From a virus (Duplodnaviria > Caudoviricetes), in IMG/VR virus record IMGVR_UViG_3300023095_000122, positions 1 to 55,377 of that record: a stretch of 55,377 nucleotides of DNA. One strand, written 5' to 3'. The position numbers were made by a program, and so were the translations under genes. The notes under the pieces were generated by a model that saw nothing but the letters and a program-made list of their open reading frames with translations, was not told the origin of the DNA and made no database searches. Of the stretch, positions 26,248 to 36,370 are shown piece by piece (the first letter of the stretch is position 1; every line of letters begins with the position of its first letter).

Positions 26248-26832
26248 CTAGGCTTCTTTTACGTTGCCAGTGCTTAATAAATGCTTAATTCTATCCTCTC
26301 CGAGATCACTGACATCATCACCTACTTCATAAACTTTGGCAAAGTTCAGGGTGTCTCTAAATACTTTTGCAACTATGTATTCAGCATCAGTATCGTATTC
26401 AGGAAACTGAACTTTAAATTCTGACGAACCGGATATCTCAACATCATCCGTAGCCATAGAACTTTTAGCACCTTCAACAATGTCTCTGACGAGGTTACCC
26501 GCTAACTCTTTAAACTGAGCTATTGAATCAATTACATCCTGATTAGTTCTCTGAGTAGCTAAATTTGAGGCAAGCAATTGAGCCACCCATTCAGGCATAT
26601 CCTGTGTGACTACACTAGTAACTGACACATCTTCATTTTTAGTGATGGAAGAGTCGTTCTCAGTAGACGCCACAGACTTTATAACCGCAGCATAGATTTC
26701 ATCTATCTCTTCAGGTGAAAAACCTCTTTCGTCTTTTGCAATCTCACCTTTCAATGATTCTTCGGTCATTGTTCCGATTAAAGCCGCGTACACCAGTACG
26801 GCGGCTTTAAGTGTTGCATGATGCAATCCCAT
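26248..26832 (-). CDS. Capsid-adjacent hypothetical protein
   Basis: Follows the capsid gene; C-terminal YEVGDDV..RIKHLL module. Confidence 0.6.
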   Translation of the reverse strand: MGLHHATLKAAVLVYAALIGTMTEESLKGEIAKDERGFSPEEIDEIYAAVIKSVASTENDSSITKNEDVSVTSVVTQDMPEWVAQLLASNLATQRTNQDVIDSIAQFKELAGNLVRDIVEGAKSSMATDDVEISGSSEFKVQFPEYDTDAEYIVAKVFRDTLNFAKVYEVGDDVSDLGEDRIKHLLSTGNVKEA

Positions 26833-27917
26833 TACGCTTGGATAGTTAATGTGTCCATCAGATAGATCTGATCAACATTATTAATAACCGGAACAACGCG
26901 GGCTTGTGATTTTGTATGCTCACTAAGCGAAGGTTCTGTTTTACAGTACTTCGATACCAAGATAAAATCGTCAACCAATTCGTAAGACACACCAGCTTTA
27001 CGTCTTTTATTTTCAGCTAACCTAGCATAAGTAAGCGTGCCTACTTCTTCTTGGCAAATGAAAACAATAGCACCTGGTGCCCAAGGATTGATTGTTGTAT
27101 CCTCTTTATTCTTTTCGGTGATAATTGAACGATCAACGATCTCGAAAGTAAAACCTAAACGTTTTGAGGCAACAATGTTTATTTGCTCATTATCTGGGGT
27201 CGGAATATTTGATCCTACAAAATTCTGCGTGAATGCATAAAATTCCTTTGCCTGATTAGTGGCGCAAATCAGATCCAGAGTGTCGCTATCTAACATAGCT
27301 CTAATGATCTTATTGTTATCCTTTTTGGCTTTCGCAACTACCTTTTTGAAGTAATCAAAAGGCTTAGAGGTTACATCAGTAAGCAGTTTTGCAACTCCAA
27401 ACTTATTAGCAGGGATGTATTTATAATTCAAACGAATCCCAGTACCTACATTTTCAGAATCCTCAATTAACGCTATACCGGTGGATAAACCTTCTAGGAA
27501 TATGCCTTCATTACGCTCATAGATACCACCAATAACTGCTGGGGTATCTTCGAACAAACGCTGATATATCTCAGAATTCGTACCACCTTGTTCGATTAAT
27601 GTATCAAGGTCAGTAAGCTGTTTTTCGTTCAGCTTTAGCTCCATACCCATTTTAGGTATATCACCCGAAGCCTTGCTTGTTGCACCTCTTCGTTTCAATG
27701 GCAGCGAACTGTCCATTGCTACCACATCCGCAGCAACTAACCTGTTTTTAGCAATTAAGCTTTCCCAGGTACCTGTTACAGAGTAGGATTTTCTCAACAT
27801 CCTTCTATGAAGGTAAGTTGTTGGTTTTTCTGGTGTACCGTTAAGCTCGCTTACGATTCTTACAACCAGACCCGGGAAGTATTTAGCAACCCATTCGACA
27901 AATAATGATTCTTCCAT
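26832..27917 (-). CDS. Major capsid protein (gpE-like)
   Basis: VAADVVAMDSSLPLKRR..GDIPKMG; 361 aa after scaffold and decoration genes. Confidence 0.9.
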   Translation of the reverse strand: MEESLFVEWVAKYFPGLVVRIVSELNGTPEKPTTYLHRRMLRKSYSVTGTWESLIAKNRLVAADVVAMDSSLPLKRRGATSKASGDIPKMGMELKLNEKQLTDLDTLIEQGGTNSEIYQRLFEDTPAVIGGIYERNEGIFLEGLSTGIALIEDSENVGTGIRLNYKYIPANKFGVAKLLTDVTSKPFDYFKKVVAKAKKDNNKIIRAMLDSDTLDLICATNQAKEFYAFTQNFVGSNIPTPDNEQINIVASKRLGFTFEIVDRSIITEKNKEDTTINPWAPGAIVFICQEEVGTLTYARLAENKRRKAGVSYELVDDFILVSKYCKTEPSLSEHTKSQARVVPVINNVDQIYLMDTLTIQA

Positions 27918-27924
27918 CTTCTAC

Positions 27925-28320
27925 TTAATCCTCCCTGAAATCAATTAATGGCATTGCTGTCTTAACGTCGGCTAAAATTCCAGCCATTGGATAAGGGCAT
28001 GCTGCCGGGTTTACTGTGCCTCTGACTAATAAACCAGCCATAGCTTTTTTAGTCAATACAGAGGCAATTACTACATGCGCATATGTATGATTTGCGGGCA
28101 AAGCAGCATATGCGGTCTCTTCTGCATTTACAGGCATCGGCTTAAAGTTTCCAGTAGCCGTTTCTTTAATAATCACGTGTCCTGCTTGGATTACTTTTGG
28201 AGTAAATCCCGCTACATCTAATGATCTACCACCTCTAACTGACTGGAAATTATCAACGATCACCACTGAATCGTATCCTGTGTCAATAGAGTCTCCTTCG
28301 TTATCTAGTTCTACGTACAT
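27925..28320 (-). CDS. Head decoration protein
   Basis: GGRSLDV..IQAGHVII..GTVNPAA; between scaffold and capsid. Confidence 0.7.
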   Translation of the reverse strand: MYVELDNEGDSIDTGYDSVVIVDNFQSVRGGRSLDVAGFTPKVIQAGHVIIKETATGNFKPMPVNAEETAYAALPANHTYAHVVIASVLTKKAMAGLLVRGTVNPAACPYPMAGILADVKTAMPLIDFRED

Positions 28321-28325
28321 TTTAA

Positions 28326-28982
28326 TTATCTAATTGCGTTCATAACTTCATCCAACTCTGCGTCGGTTGCTGGTTTTACCTTCCCAGGGGTTATTTTAAC
28401 ACCACGTGCAGGAGTCTGATTTTTCAAACCACTGTTAGATTCTTCTTGAATGAAGTCTGCAGCATCGGTTTCCGATTCGGTTAAGAATTCAGCAAACTCT
28501 TCATCTGTTTCAAACTTCATTTTATTGAAATCTTTCAAAGCCTTAGCTTTAAAAGCATCCGAAGTACCTTCAAGCGCCTTTTCATACTGCTGTTTACGTG
28601 TATTGGTCAACTTCTCACCTTGGATTGATTCAAAGCCCTTTGCTAATGCTTGAGTAGAAGTTATAAGGGCTTTAGCCCATGCAGGCATTTCTGGATCAAC
28701 GATCACTTCTTTGCCTTCTGCCTCTTTCTCTGCAGCAATTTGCTCAGGTGTTTTACCTGTTTCAGATTCTTTCTTTAACCTCAGTCTCTCACGATCATCA
28801 TCCTTTGCCATGTCGGCAAATGGATTATATTCATCATAAGTTGATAGAGCATCATCGATCTCATCCTCCTCAGTAACTTTTGCATCAATCTTTGCTGCAA
28901 TAGCTTCAATCCTTTTGTTCGATAAGTTTACGCCTGGGTAAAGAACCTTCAGTCGCGCCTTAATCTGTTTGATAAGTGCCAT
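28326..28982 (-). CDS. Capsid scaffolding protein
   Basis: Charged helical protein with MPAWAKAL motif upstream of the capsid genes. Confidence 0.75.
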   Translation of the reverse strand: MALIKQIKARLKVLYPGVNLSNKRIEAIAAKIDAKVTEEDEIDDALSTYDEYNPFADMAKDDDRERLRLKKESETGKTPEQIAAEKEAEGKEVIVDPEMPAWAKALITSTQALAKGFESIQGEKLTNTRKQQYEKALEGTSDAFKAKALKDFNKMKFETDEEFAEFLTESETDAADFIQEESNSGLKNQTPARGVKITPGKVKPATDAELDEVMNAIR

Positions 28983-29049
28983 ATTTTTGTGTTTGGGTTT
29001 TTATGCCAGTTGCATCCGGTAATTAATCGTACTACACCTTGCTTGAACT

Positions 29050-29117
29050 CAAAAATACCCTGCTGATCAGCGGGTAGAAAGAAGGAGATTTGACAATCAT
29101 GTACATTGTCAAGTATT
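29050..29117 (-). promoter_or_regulatory. Late promoter copy 3 (scaffold/capsid operon)
   Basis: TTGACAAT-N7-ATTGTCAA at 29090-29112; TATTTTTG (minus) at 29050-29057; 32 nt gap. Confidence 0.75.
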
Positions 29118-29155
29118 TTACTACATTTAGCTACTAATGGAATTAATCAGAATTT

Positions 29156-30163
29156 ATGGCTAAAGTATGTTACTTGATCGGAGCGGGAGCAAGTGCTCAA
29201 TGCGTACCTGTTGTTAATGGAATGAAGGATGATATGGCGAAGCTCAGAAAGGAACTATCCGAATATTTTCCTACCAACATTACCGAACGTAGTTTAAATA
29301 AAGATCTAGTTGAAAAGTATGATCAAATTATTAAAACATTAGACCATTTAGAGGATGTTTGCGATCGCTACTATAGCATAGATACTTATGCCAAAAAATT
29401 ATATCTCACCAAAAGGACTCTTTTTTCAGCCTTAAAGTTGGATCTATGTTTATATTTCACCTTAAGACAAATTGTGACAAACCCGGATAAAAGGTATGAT
29501 AATTTCTTCGCTTCAATAATTACCTCTGATAATAAATTACCATCCAAAATCAATATAATATCATGGAACTACGACTTTCAAATCGAAAAATCTTACAGTG
29601 AATTTAACAGTGACGGAGACATTGAATGGACGAGGTCTAAATTGGGTATAATGTCTCCCAAGCATCACGAGTGGTATATTAACTACACTGATTGTTTTAA
29701 CACAGTCAAATTAAATGGATCAGCGCGAATAACGACAAAAGATTATGAGGGATACATGTTTGAATCATTCGCAATATCTAAGCATGAAATGATTATGCAG
29801 GTCACCGATAAGTATTTGCAAATGCAAAGGGAAGCGGTGGTTTGCGAATTGAAATTTGCGTGGGAAAATGACAACTATTCGGATCTTTTCAAAGCGGCTG
29901 CTACCAGTCTATCAGCAATTACGGTACTTGTAATTGTTGGATATTCATTTCCTTTTTTTAATAGAGAGGTTGACAATGCTCTCTTTAATAAAATGATTAA
30001 TTTAAGTAAAATATATATACAAGATTGCAACCCAGAAGCTATACATGAACGAATGAAAGAATTTGTAACACCACACAACGCTTCAGGTAGAATAATTGAA
30101 TATGTTTATAAAGATGACTTAACCCAATTTGTTTACCCTAAGGAACTAGATGTTGTTAGTTAG
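29156..30163 (+). CDS. SIR2-like domain protein (candidate anti-phage NADase)
   Basis: YLIGAGAS, ISWNYD, VKLNGS, VIVGYSF motifs. Confidence 0.8.
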   Translation: MAKVCYLIGAGASAQCVPVVNGMKDDMAKLRKELSEYFPTNITERSLNKDLVEKYDQIIKTLDHLEDVCDRYYSIDTYAKKLYLTKRTLFSALKLDLCLYFTLRQIVTNPDKRYDNFFASIITSDNKLPSKINIISWNYDFQIEKSYSEFNSDGDIEWTRSKLGIMSPKHHEWYINYTDCFNTVKLNGSARITTKDYEGYMFESFAISKHEMIMQVTDKYLQMQREAVVCELKFAWENDNYSDLFKAAATSLSAITVLVIVGYSFPFFNREVDNALFNKMINLSKIYIQDCNPEAIHERMKEFVTPHNASGRIIEYVYKDDLTQFVYPKELDVVS

Positions 30164-30236
30164 CAATTAACCCAAGTTACCAATCTGCATTCTCAAATAA
30201 TTAATATTAATTGGCATAAAATCCACAATATTTTAA

Positions 30237-30980
30237 ATGGTAGAACCTCATGATTTATTTACTCAACCAGATAATAAAAAAACAAAGATCTGGAGATATA
30301 TGGATTTCACTAAATTTATATCACTCTTAGATACAAAGAGTCTATTCTTTACTAGAGCAGACAAATTTGACGATCCATTTGAAGGATCCTATCCATTAAA
30401 AAATGTGCTTGCAAGAAAGCATCCCCCATTTGGCACACCACTTACAAGTGGATCGCCAAAAACATCTCCTAATTACAAAATATGGCCTCGTTACGTAGCA
30501 ATAAATTGCTGGCACGAAAACGAGCATGAGTCAGCGGCAATGTGGAAGTTGTACTTAAAAAGTAGTGAGGGTATAGCTATACAATCTACATTTTTAAAGT
30601 TAATTAAAAGTATACGAACAAAGGATGATGTATACATTGGCAGGGTTAGCTACATTGATTATGAAAAAGCAAAGCTGAATGAAGGAAATATTTTCACCCC
30701 ATTTATTCATAAGCGGAAAAGTTTTGAACATGAAAAAGAGATTAGAGCAGTAATAGTTAAATTCCCTGCTGATAAGGAGGAAGATTCATTGGACTTTAGT
30801 AGAGTAACAATTGGAGATGGCTTAGGAATCGATGTCAACTTGAAAATATTGATACAAGCGATATATGTTGCACCCGGTACACCAAAATGGTTTATGGAAC
30901 TGATCTCATCTGTAACGAGTGTGTATGGTTATAATTTCAAAATCATTCAGTCAAAGATGGACGACGGTCCATTATTCTAA
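30237..30980 (+). CDS. DUF2971-like protein
   Basis: IWRYMDF..FDDPFEG; NCWH..ESAAMWKLY; KRKSFEHEKEIR. Confidence 0.75.
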   Translation: MVEPHDLFTQPDNKKTKIWRYMDFTKFISLLDTKSLFFTRADKFDDPFEGSYPLKNVLARKHPPFGTPLTSGSPKTSPNYKIWPRYVAINCWHENEHESAAMWKLYLKSSEGIAIQSTFLKLIKSIRTKDDVYIGRVSYIDYEKAKLNEGNIFTPFIHKRKSFEHEKEIRAVIVKFPADKEEDSLDFSRVTIGDGLGIDVNLKILIQAIYVAPGTPKWFMELISSVTSVYGYNFKIIQSKMDDGPLF

Positions 30981-30989
30981 TCTTTTTAA

Positions 30990-32048
30990 TTATTCAATCT
31001 TAAGTACGTTTGAGATAAACTTACTGTTATCCTTCCACCAGAAAGGTCTAGCTTTCCAACCGTCCACACGTTCAGCATTGGTAGTAACCCAATTATTGAA
31101 CTCAGCAGGTGGATCTGCTACCCTAGCATCCTTTTGCAGGTCTTTTACGGCTTCGTCTGTATCCAGTCCCTGAGCTACCAACCGCTGATACTTCGCCATA
31201 AGTTCATCATCTATGAGAATGGGTATTTTGAAACACAGGCAGTTTGGATGCCATCCGTTCCATACAAACCATACCGGGTATTTACCTTCCAGGCTTTTAC
31301 ACAGTTCACACCGTGTTTTGGGTTTACCGGTATTTGAAAGGCTTATCTCATAGCCAAGGACTAGCGGATTATTTTCATACGCAGCACCATCTGCAGCACG
31401 GTACCCTCTATTAATTTCAGTCCTGGCTAATCGTTCGCTATTTTTAGCAGCAGACCTATAAACTCCTTGACCTGGATTGTACGCTTCGGCTGGTTTCGAT
31501 AACTTAAGCTTACCGCGGGAATCACGCACACGACGAAATAGCTTATCTGGCTCTATTAAGTTAGACCGCAGCTCCCTACCAATTAATTTCGCTGCTTTGC
31601 CTTCCGCCAATCCAACATCAAGGCTCATATCGACATTGCTACTGAACTGCTGTGCTGACTTCCATACGCGATCAGAAAGACTTAAACCACCGTCTTTACG
31701 TGCAATGAATGCCTCCAATCTGTTTGTATTAGGGTTAGATAAGATCTTCTTAATCTTATCCGGAATATCAAAACCAGCTAGACGCTTTTCAAAGTACGCG
31801 ATATTCTTTTGATTGGATATGTCCCATGAGAACTTAATACCGTTTTCAATCCTGATAGTAACGTTATTGCGGAATTGCTTCAACAGAGCATTAAGCTTAC
31901 GCTGTATAACAGAACGGGCCGTTCCAGACTCCACCAGGGGTGCAATCTGAGCTATGATCGAATCATATTGCTTATTGATATAATTTACAACACGATCCTG
32001 CTCAATGAAGTGCAGCTTCTCGAATTTGTTATTGATTGGATTGGCCAT
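30990..32048 (-). CDS. Minor head/morphogenesis protein (Mu gpF/SPP1 gp7-like)
   Basis: LSDRVW, RLARTEIN, CELC..GWHPNCLC. Confidence 0.85.
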   Translation of the reverse strand: MANPINNKFEKLHFIEQDRVVNYINKQYDSIIAQIAPLVESGTARSVIQRKLNALLKQFRNNVTIRIENGIKFSWDISNQKNIAYFEKRLAGFDIPDKIKKILSNPNTNRLEAFIARKDGGLSLSDRVWKSAQQFSSNVDMSLDVGLAEGKAAKLIGRELRSNLIEPDKLFRRVRDSRGKLKLSKPAEAYNPGQGVYRSAAKNSERLARTEINRGYRAADGAAYENNPLVLGYEISLSNTGKPKTRCELCKSLEGKYPVWFVWNGWHPNCLCFKIPILIDDELMAKYQRLVAQGLDTDEAVKDLQKDARVADPPAEFNNWVTTNAERVDGWKARPFWWKDNSKFISNVLKIE

Positions 32049-32541
32049 TGTTCTCGTTTATAAGCTGGTAACAGTCGCTCCAAAAGACAGGTTTCATCAT
32101 CTGGATCTTATCTGGATTAAAGAATCTATGATTCGCGTAATCGTGACAAACTGCCCTTTCACCGATCATGCCCCAATTCTGAATTTTAAAATCCATAAGA
32201 AAGTCTGGTATTTCTACCGGCAATTGTTCTTTAGTTACTGGATATGTCTTCTGCTGAATCAGAACCCTTCCGCAGGACGATAAGTGATGGCAGGGTGCTA
32301 AGTATTTACTGTATTCAGGAAGGTGTTTGTAATTATTCCAAATTTCCCACTCAGTAACATTATCAAATTGACCAGATCTGTCAATCTTAACAACCCATTT
32401 AGGATTAAGGTTAAAATCAAATACAGAACGGGAGCAACCCATACCTATAGAGGCCCCAATAAACATGTCCGCAAAATCAGAGAGTAAGAACCAGTCATTC
32501 TTAAATAGGTCTACAAAATCAGTGTGAACGGTTACACCCAT
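32029..32541 (-). CDS. Minimal protein-kinase-like protein
   Basis: IGMGCSRSVF (Gly loop), VVKI, NVTEW, DFKIQNWG (catalytic loop), CHDY. Confidence 0.7.
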   Translation of the reverse strand: MGVTVHTDFVDLFKNDWFLLSDFADMFIGASIGMGCSRSVFDFNLNPKWVVKIDRSGQFDNVTEWEIWNNYKHLPEYSKYLAPCHHLSSCGRVLIQQKTYPVTKEQLPVEIPDFLMDFKIQNWGMIGERAVCHDYANHRFFNPDKIQMMKPVFWSDCYQLINENNGQSNQ

Positions 32542-32543
32542 AT

Positions 32544-32996
32544 CTACAAAGTTTTAGCCCATTCTGGGATTGGTTTCACAGACTGTTCCATCGTGCCGGT
32601 GCCCAGGTCATATACACGTTTATTATATTGGTCCGGCGTTGGAATAACTGAAATATCAATATAGTACTGAGGATCATGAAAATCAGGGTGTGTATACTCC
32701 CCTCTATTAAGGTTGATAACATAACTCATCCGTCCATTTGGAAAGCAGTACCGGCTATCATCATCCTGCAGCATCGGTCTACCACCTAATACTGTACAGA
32801 ACTCTTCAATCATATTATCGTGCTCACCAATGTCTTTCTGCCAAGGAATGGCGATCAAATCTAAATCTCTATTTAAACTACCATGCAGCACAAGGTTGTA
32901 CCCGTAAGTAAACGCAATATCTTTCAATTGTTCGAAGTAGTAAGCGTATAAGCTTGGCTTTGCGTGTGTTGGCTTTCTTTGTTTTTCAATACTCAT
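32544..32996 (-). CDS. Minimal nucleotidyltransferase-like protein
   Basis: LHGSLNRDLDLIAIPW (hGS..DxD) plus distal YIDISV. Confidence 0.6.
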   Translation of the reverse strand: MSIEKQRKPTHAKPSLYAYYFEQLKDIAFTYGYNLVLHGSLNRDLDLIAIPWQKDIGEHDNMIEEFCTVLGGRPMLQDDDSRYCFPNGRMSYVINLNRGEYTHPDFHDPQYYIDISVIPTPDQYNKRVYDLGTGTMEQSVKPIPEWAKTL

Positions 32997-34471
32997 TATA
33001 TCTCCTCCTCTATTTCTCTACCCAATGTATCCGTAGCCTTTTGTATAGCCAGTATTTCCTCTTCATTATTATCCGTCAGCCCAGCAATCTTAACGGCTGT
33101 TTTAAGTGAAGCTACGCCACCCTGTAATGCCGCAACAGCATTATCTATACCTTCACGTTGATCATTGATCCTGAACAGGCTAAACACTGGTGTCATTTGT
33201 AGATTGGCTACTTTTTTCATTGGCGTATGGATAGCTCCGCATGCAGCTTTTAAGAAGTTCAGCTCGCGCTGAGCACACTCACCATAAATATCATCAAGCT
33301 TATTCTGTGCCGCTAAATGCGGATCCATCAACATTCTATCGAATGCCACACCAGAAGGAGCAGAGCCAAGACCTTTTAATTCTTTGAAACTTAAGTTTGG
33401 TGTCTGACTGCAGGTATAGATAAAATCAAGATCTGTTTCGATCTCCAATTTAATTGACTCAGGTGCCTGCTCCCAGGTTACGTACTTGATATCGGAATCC
33501 TTTCCTTCCAACTCAATGACCTTACCGCGCTCACCTTTAGCAGAGAAACCTTTGATAACTCCTTTTGATACAAGGATAGGAGAACCGTTATAATCGTTTG
33601 TATCAGCGAAGTTTGAGAGAACAGTTTCTAATCTGGTGATTACCGACTGAACATCAGCCCACTCCGGACGATCCTGGTGATAATATATTACAGGGATTTT
33701 GCCGTAGGAATGCGGGGTTTTCTCGGTCATTAACCATCCGCTCTGGACCTTCTCAAACTTGTAGATATATGTATCAGTGAAGATATCCACATGATCAACC
33801 TTTTGTGTAGCCGTGCGTAATACCTCAGTTGTAAGTTCAACGCCGGTAAGATCCTTTGTAGTTGCATATCTACGACCAAAGTATATCAGATCTCCTAATC
33901 CATTATAAACAGGTAACAGCTCATCTCCGAGTAAGGGGCTAAGAACACGCATGCGCATTCTTACAGTTGCTTTAGGAGCCAGATCTCCCCAGTAACCTGC
34001 AGCAACATCATCGCTATACCAAAATGCAGCACACTGTAGTTCTGACATCATTCTTTTGGCAATCTCCTTAGCACGATACCGCAGCTTGTTATCTTCACGG
34101 CATTTTTTAACCATAGCAAGGATGTTAATCTCATCTTTGCTGACTGGCTTACAATCAATCTCCATATTACCTACATTCATGAATGCAGCCCTACGGTTAA
34201 CGATTAGCTTTTGCAGAGGAAGTCCGATTCGGTTTACCTCCTCTTTCGACAACTTGATAATATCTTTACCAGTGGTTTCATCTTTACGACCGGTTGGCTT
34301 TTGCACATCCTTTTTCGGACGTTTTACCGGACTGAAAACATCATGTTGCAAAGCATCATATTGTTTAAGAGATTCTTCTACACCGTCTACGGTTTCACCC
34401 GCAGTCAATACTAATTGTACCAATGGCGACTCATCAACCGCACTTATATCCTTCACCTTCTGCTTTGCCAT
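32996..34471 (-). CDS. Portal protein (SPP1 gp6-like)
   Basis: 491 aa after TerL; GKIPVIYY, SNFADTNDY, PSGVA. Confidence 0.9.
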   Translation of the reverse strand: MAKQKVKDISAVDESPLVQLVLTAGETVDGVEESLKQYDALQHDVFSPVKRPKKDVQKPTGRKDETTGKDIIKLSKEEVNRIGLPLQKLIVNRRAAFMNVGNMEIDCKPVSKDEINILAMVKKCREDNKLRYRAKEIAKRMMSELQCAAFWYSDDVAAGYWGDLAPKATVRMRMRVLSPLLGDELLPVYNGLGDLIYFGRRYATTKDLTGVELTTEVLRTATQKVDHVDIFTDTYIYKFEKVQSGWLMTEKTPHSYGKIPVIYYHQDRPEWADVQSVITRLETVLSNFADTNDYNGSPILVSKGVIKGFSAKGERGKVIELEGKDSDIKYVTWEQAPESIKLEIETDLDFIYTCSQTPNLSFKELKGLGSAPSGVAFDRMLMDPHLAAQNKLDDIYGECAQRELNFLKAACGAIHTPMKKVANLQMTPVFSLFRINDQREGIDNAVAALQGGVASLKTAVKIAGLTDNNEEEILAIQKATDTLGREIEEEI

Positions 34472-34480
34472 CTTTTTATA

Positions 34481-35785
34481 TTATCCAAACACCCCTAAAA
34501 CACTGGTATTACTTTCCTGACCTTCTGTCAATTTACGGAACGCATAACGAGCGGCATCTATCGTGTGATTCCACTTATCGATTGGAATACCGGCCTTTTT
34601 ATCGTTCCACTTATATTTTCTTAGTTCCTTTTTGATGTTAACACTTCTTTCAGTTACGATGATCTTGTAATCATTCATTGCAGTAAGCCCGGCTTTTACA
34701 CTACCTGGACCCTTCTCACATTCAATGATATTAAGGCCAAGCTGGCGTAAATCTTCAATCAACCTATCCTCTGCACTATCGCCGACAATCAGATCATCCT
34801 CATAGCGGATGCGGCTTTTGTTAATCTCATACAGATCATTTAGCCCCAGCTGCTTAGTATCACAATACTCTTCATCCAGATAAATCAGCATTCGTTTACG
34901 ATCTACCGCAACGTTTATCAGCGTATCCGGATCCACAGAGAAACCATAATCCTGACCGTAGCAGTGAGGCAGAGCATGATTGAACTCACCTTCTTCCCAG
35001 TTTGGCAGAATAACACCTTCAGCGATATCGGACCAGCGGCCAATGATCTTTAAGGCATACTTAGTCATTTGGAAGGCTGCTTTATTAAACACACCATTGA
35101 TGGTGGCTTTAGCAATTGATTCTTCTTTGATCCTGGCAATCTCATTAAGGAACTGCTCGCCCAGGTTCTCTTCATTATCGTGGAAGGTTGTATGAATATG
35201 CAGCACATCAGGATGTGTACTGATCTGGACCATTACACCATCGAAGTCAACCAGCTTATGGGTGTTTTCAATGTATTTTTTATACACGAAATGCTCACCG
35301 TCACTGGGGTTCATGATTAGGATACACCTGTTTTGAATATCCTTCTGCCTGATAGATAACCGCAACGTATCGTAATCTTCCTCTTCCTGCCATTCCTCCA
35401 TCTCATCACCCACGAAGGTTGTGATACCCTGGATGGACTTTAGATTTGCTGTCTGATTACCGGAGGAGGTCTTAATACCGCGAAACAGGATCTTACTGCC
35501 AGAGAACTTATTTAAAATCTCGGTTTTAGTTGATTTGAATTTGCTTTTAAATCCATCCAGTTCAATCTTTTGCTCAAACTCCGGTATAACCGATATGCTT
35601 GCAGCAGTAAGCGTGTAACGACACATCAAGATGATATGCCTGATTTGAAATGTTAACCTTTCAATGAACGTCGCGGCGTTAAAGGACTTTCCAGAACCCC
35701 TACCGCCTGTAATTAATATTATAAACTTCTTTTTATCTGTGTATAGCGGCCTATATGGCTTTTGTACCTTGATATTCCCAGCCAT
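34481..35785 (-). CDS. terL: Terminase large subunit (PBSX family)
   Basis: Walker A GGRGSGKS, FVGDE, MNP, nuclease GQDYGFSVDP and NHTIDAARY. Confidence 0.95.
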   Translation of the reverse strand: MAGNIKVQKPYRPLYTDKKKFIILITGGRGSGKSFNAATFIERLTFQIRHIILMCRYTLTAASISVIPEFEQKIELDGFKSKFKSTKTEILNKFSGSKILFRGIKTSSGNQTANLKSIQGITTFVGDEMEEWQEEEDYDTLRLSIRQKDIQNRCILIMNPSDGEHFVYKKYIENTHKLVDFDGVMVQISTHPDVLHIHTTFHDNEENLGEQFLNEIARIKEESIAKATINGVFNKAAFQMTKYALKIIGRWSDIAEGVILPNWEEGEFNHALPHCYGQDYGFSVDPDTLINVAVDRKRMLIYLDEEYCDTKQLGLNDLYEINKSRIRYEDDLIVGDSAEDRLIEDLRQLGLNIIECEKGPGSVKAGLTAMNDYKIIVTERSVNIKKELRKYKWNDKKAGIPIDKWNHTIDAARYAFRKLTEGQESNTSVLGVFG

Positions 35786-35788
35786 ACC

Positions 35789-36370
35789 TTATTCATCCTC
35801 ACTATTCTCTTCTAGCCATTTATCTGGGGAAATGCTACCCTTTAACGTTAACTCTGATTTATCTACAGCATATAAACCAAGGAGCTTACGGCGTTCCATA
35901 CCCAGCTTGTTGATTAGATCCTGATAACGCGGATCACCGAAAACGGCTTGATCCTTTTCTGTTTGTTCAATGGCTGTTGTTTGTATTTTAGCCTCTCCTT
36001 CTGCGATCTTGCCATCAGGAGTTACAGACTTGCCCCCCTTAGCCGCAACGCCAGATTGCTTTTTGCTTTTAACCTTGTAGTCGGTCTTAGATCTATCCCA
36101 CGCATACCAGCATTCTTTAATCTGGGTATTGATAGATTCAAGTTCTAACTGAATAGCCTGATCAACATCAGCAATACGAGTTTTACGCCAGTCTTTTAAC
36201 AGGGAATCAACGTCACTCTTTACCGTTCCCAGGGAATAAGTATCTAATTCAAGTTTAGCCATCACGGCTTCCCTTATCTCACGGAAGTTATAACCACGTT
36301 TATACAGTTCACCTACAGTAACAAGCCTGTTCTCCTTTATCTGCTTAGCGGTTCTGTTGGGATCAAACAT
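35789..36370 (-). CDS. Terminase small subunit (putative)
   Basis: N-terminal HTH, ERRKLLGLYA, directly upstream of TerL. Confidence 0.7.
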   Translation of the reverse strand: MFDPNRTAKQIKENRLVTVGELYKRGYNFREIREAVMAKLELDTYSLGTVKSDVDSLLKDWRKTRIADVDQAIQLELESINTQIKECWYAWDRSKTDYKVKSKKQSGVAAKGGKSVTPDGKIAEGEAKIQTTAIEQTEKDQAVFGDPRYQDLINKLGMERRKLLGLYAVDKSELTLKGSISPDKWLEENSEDE

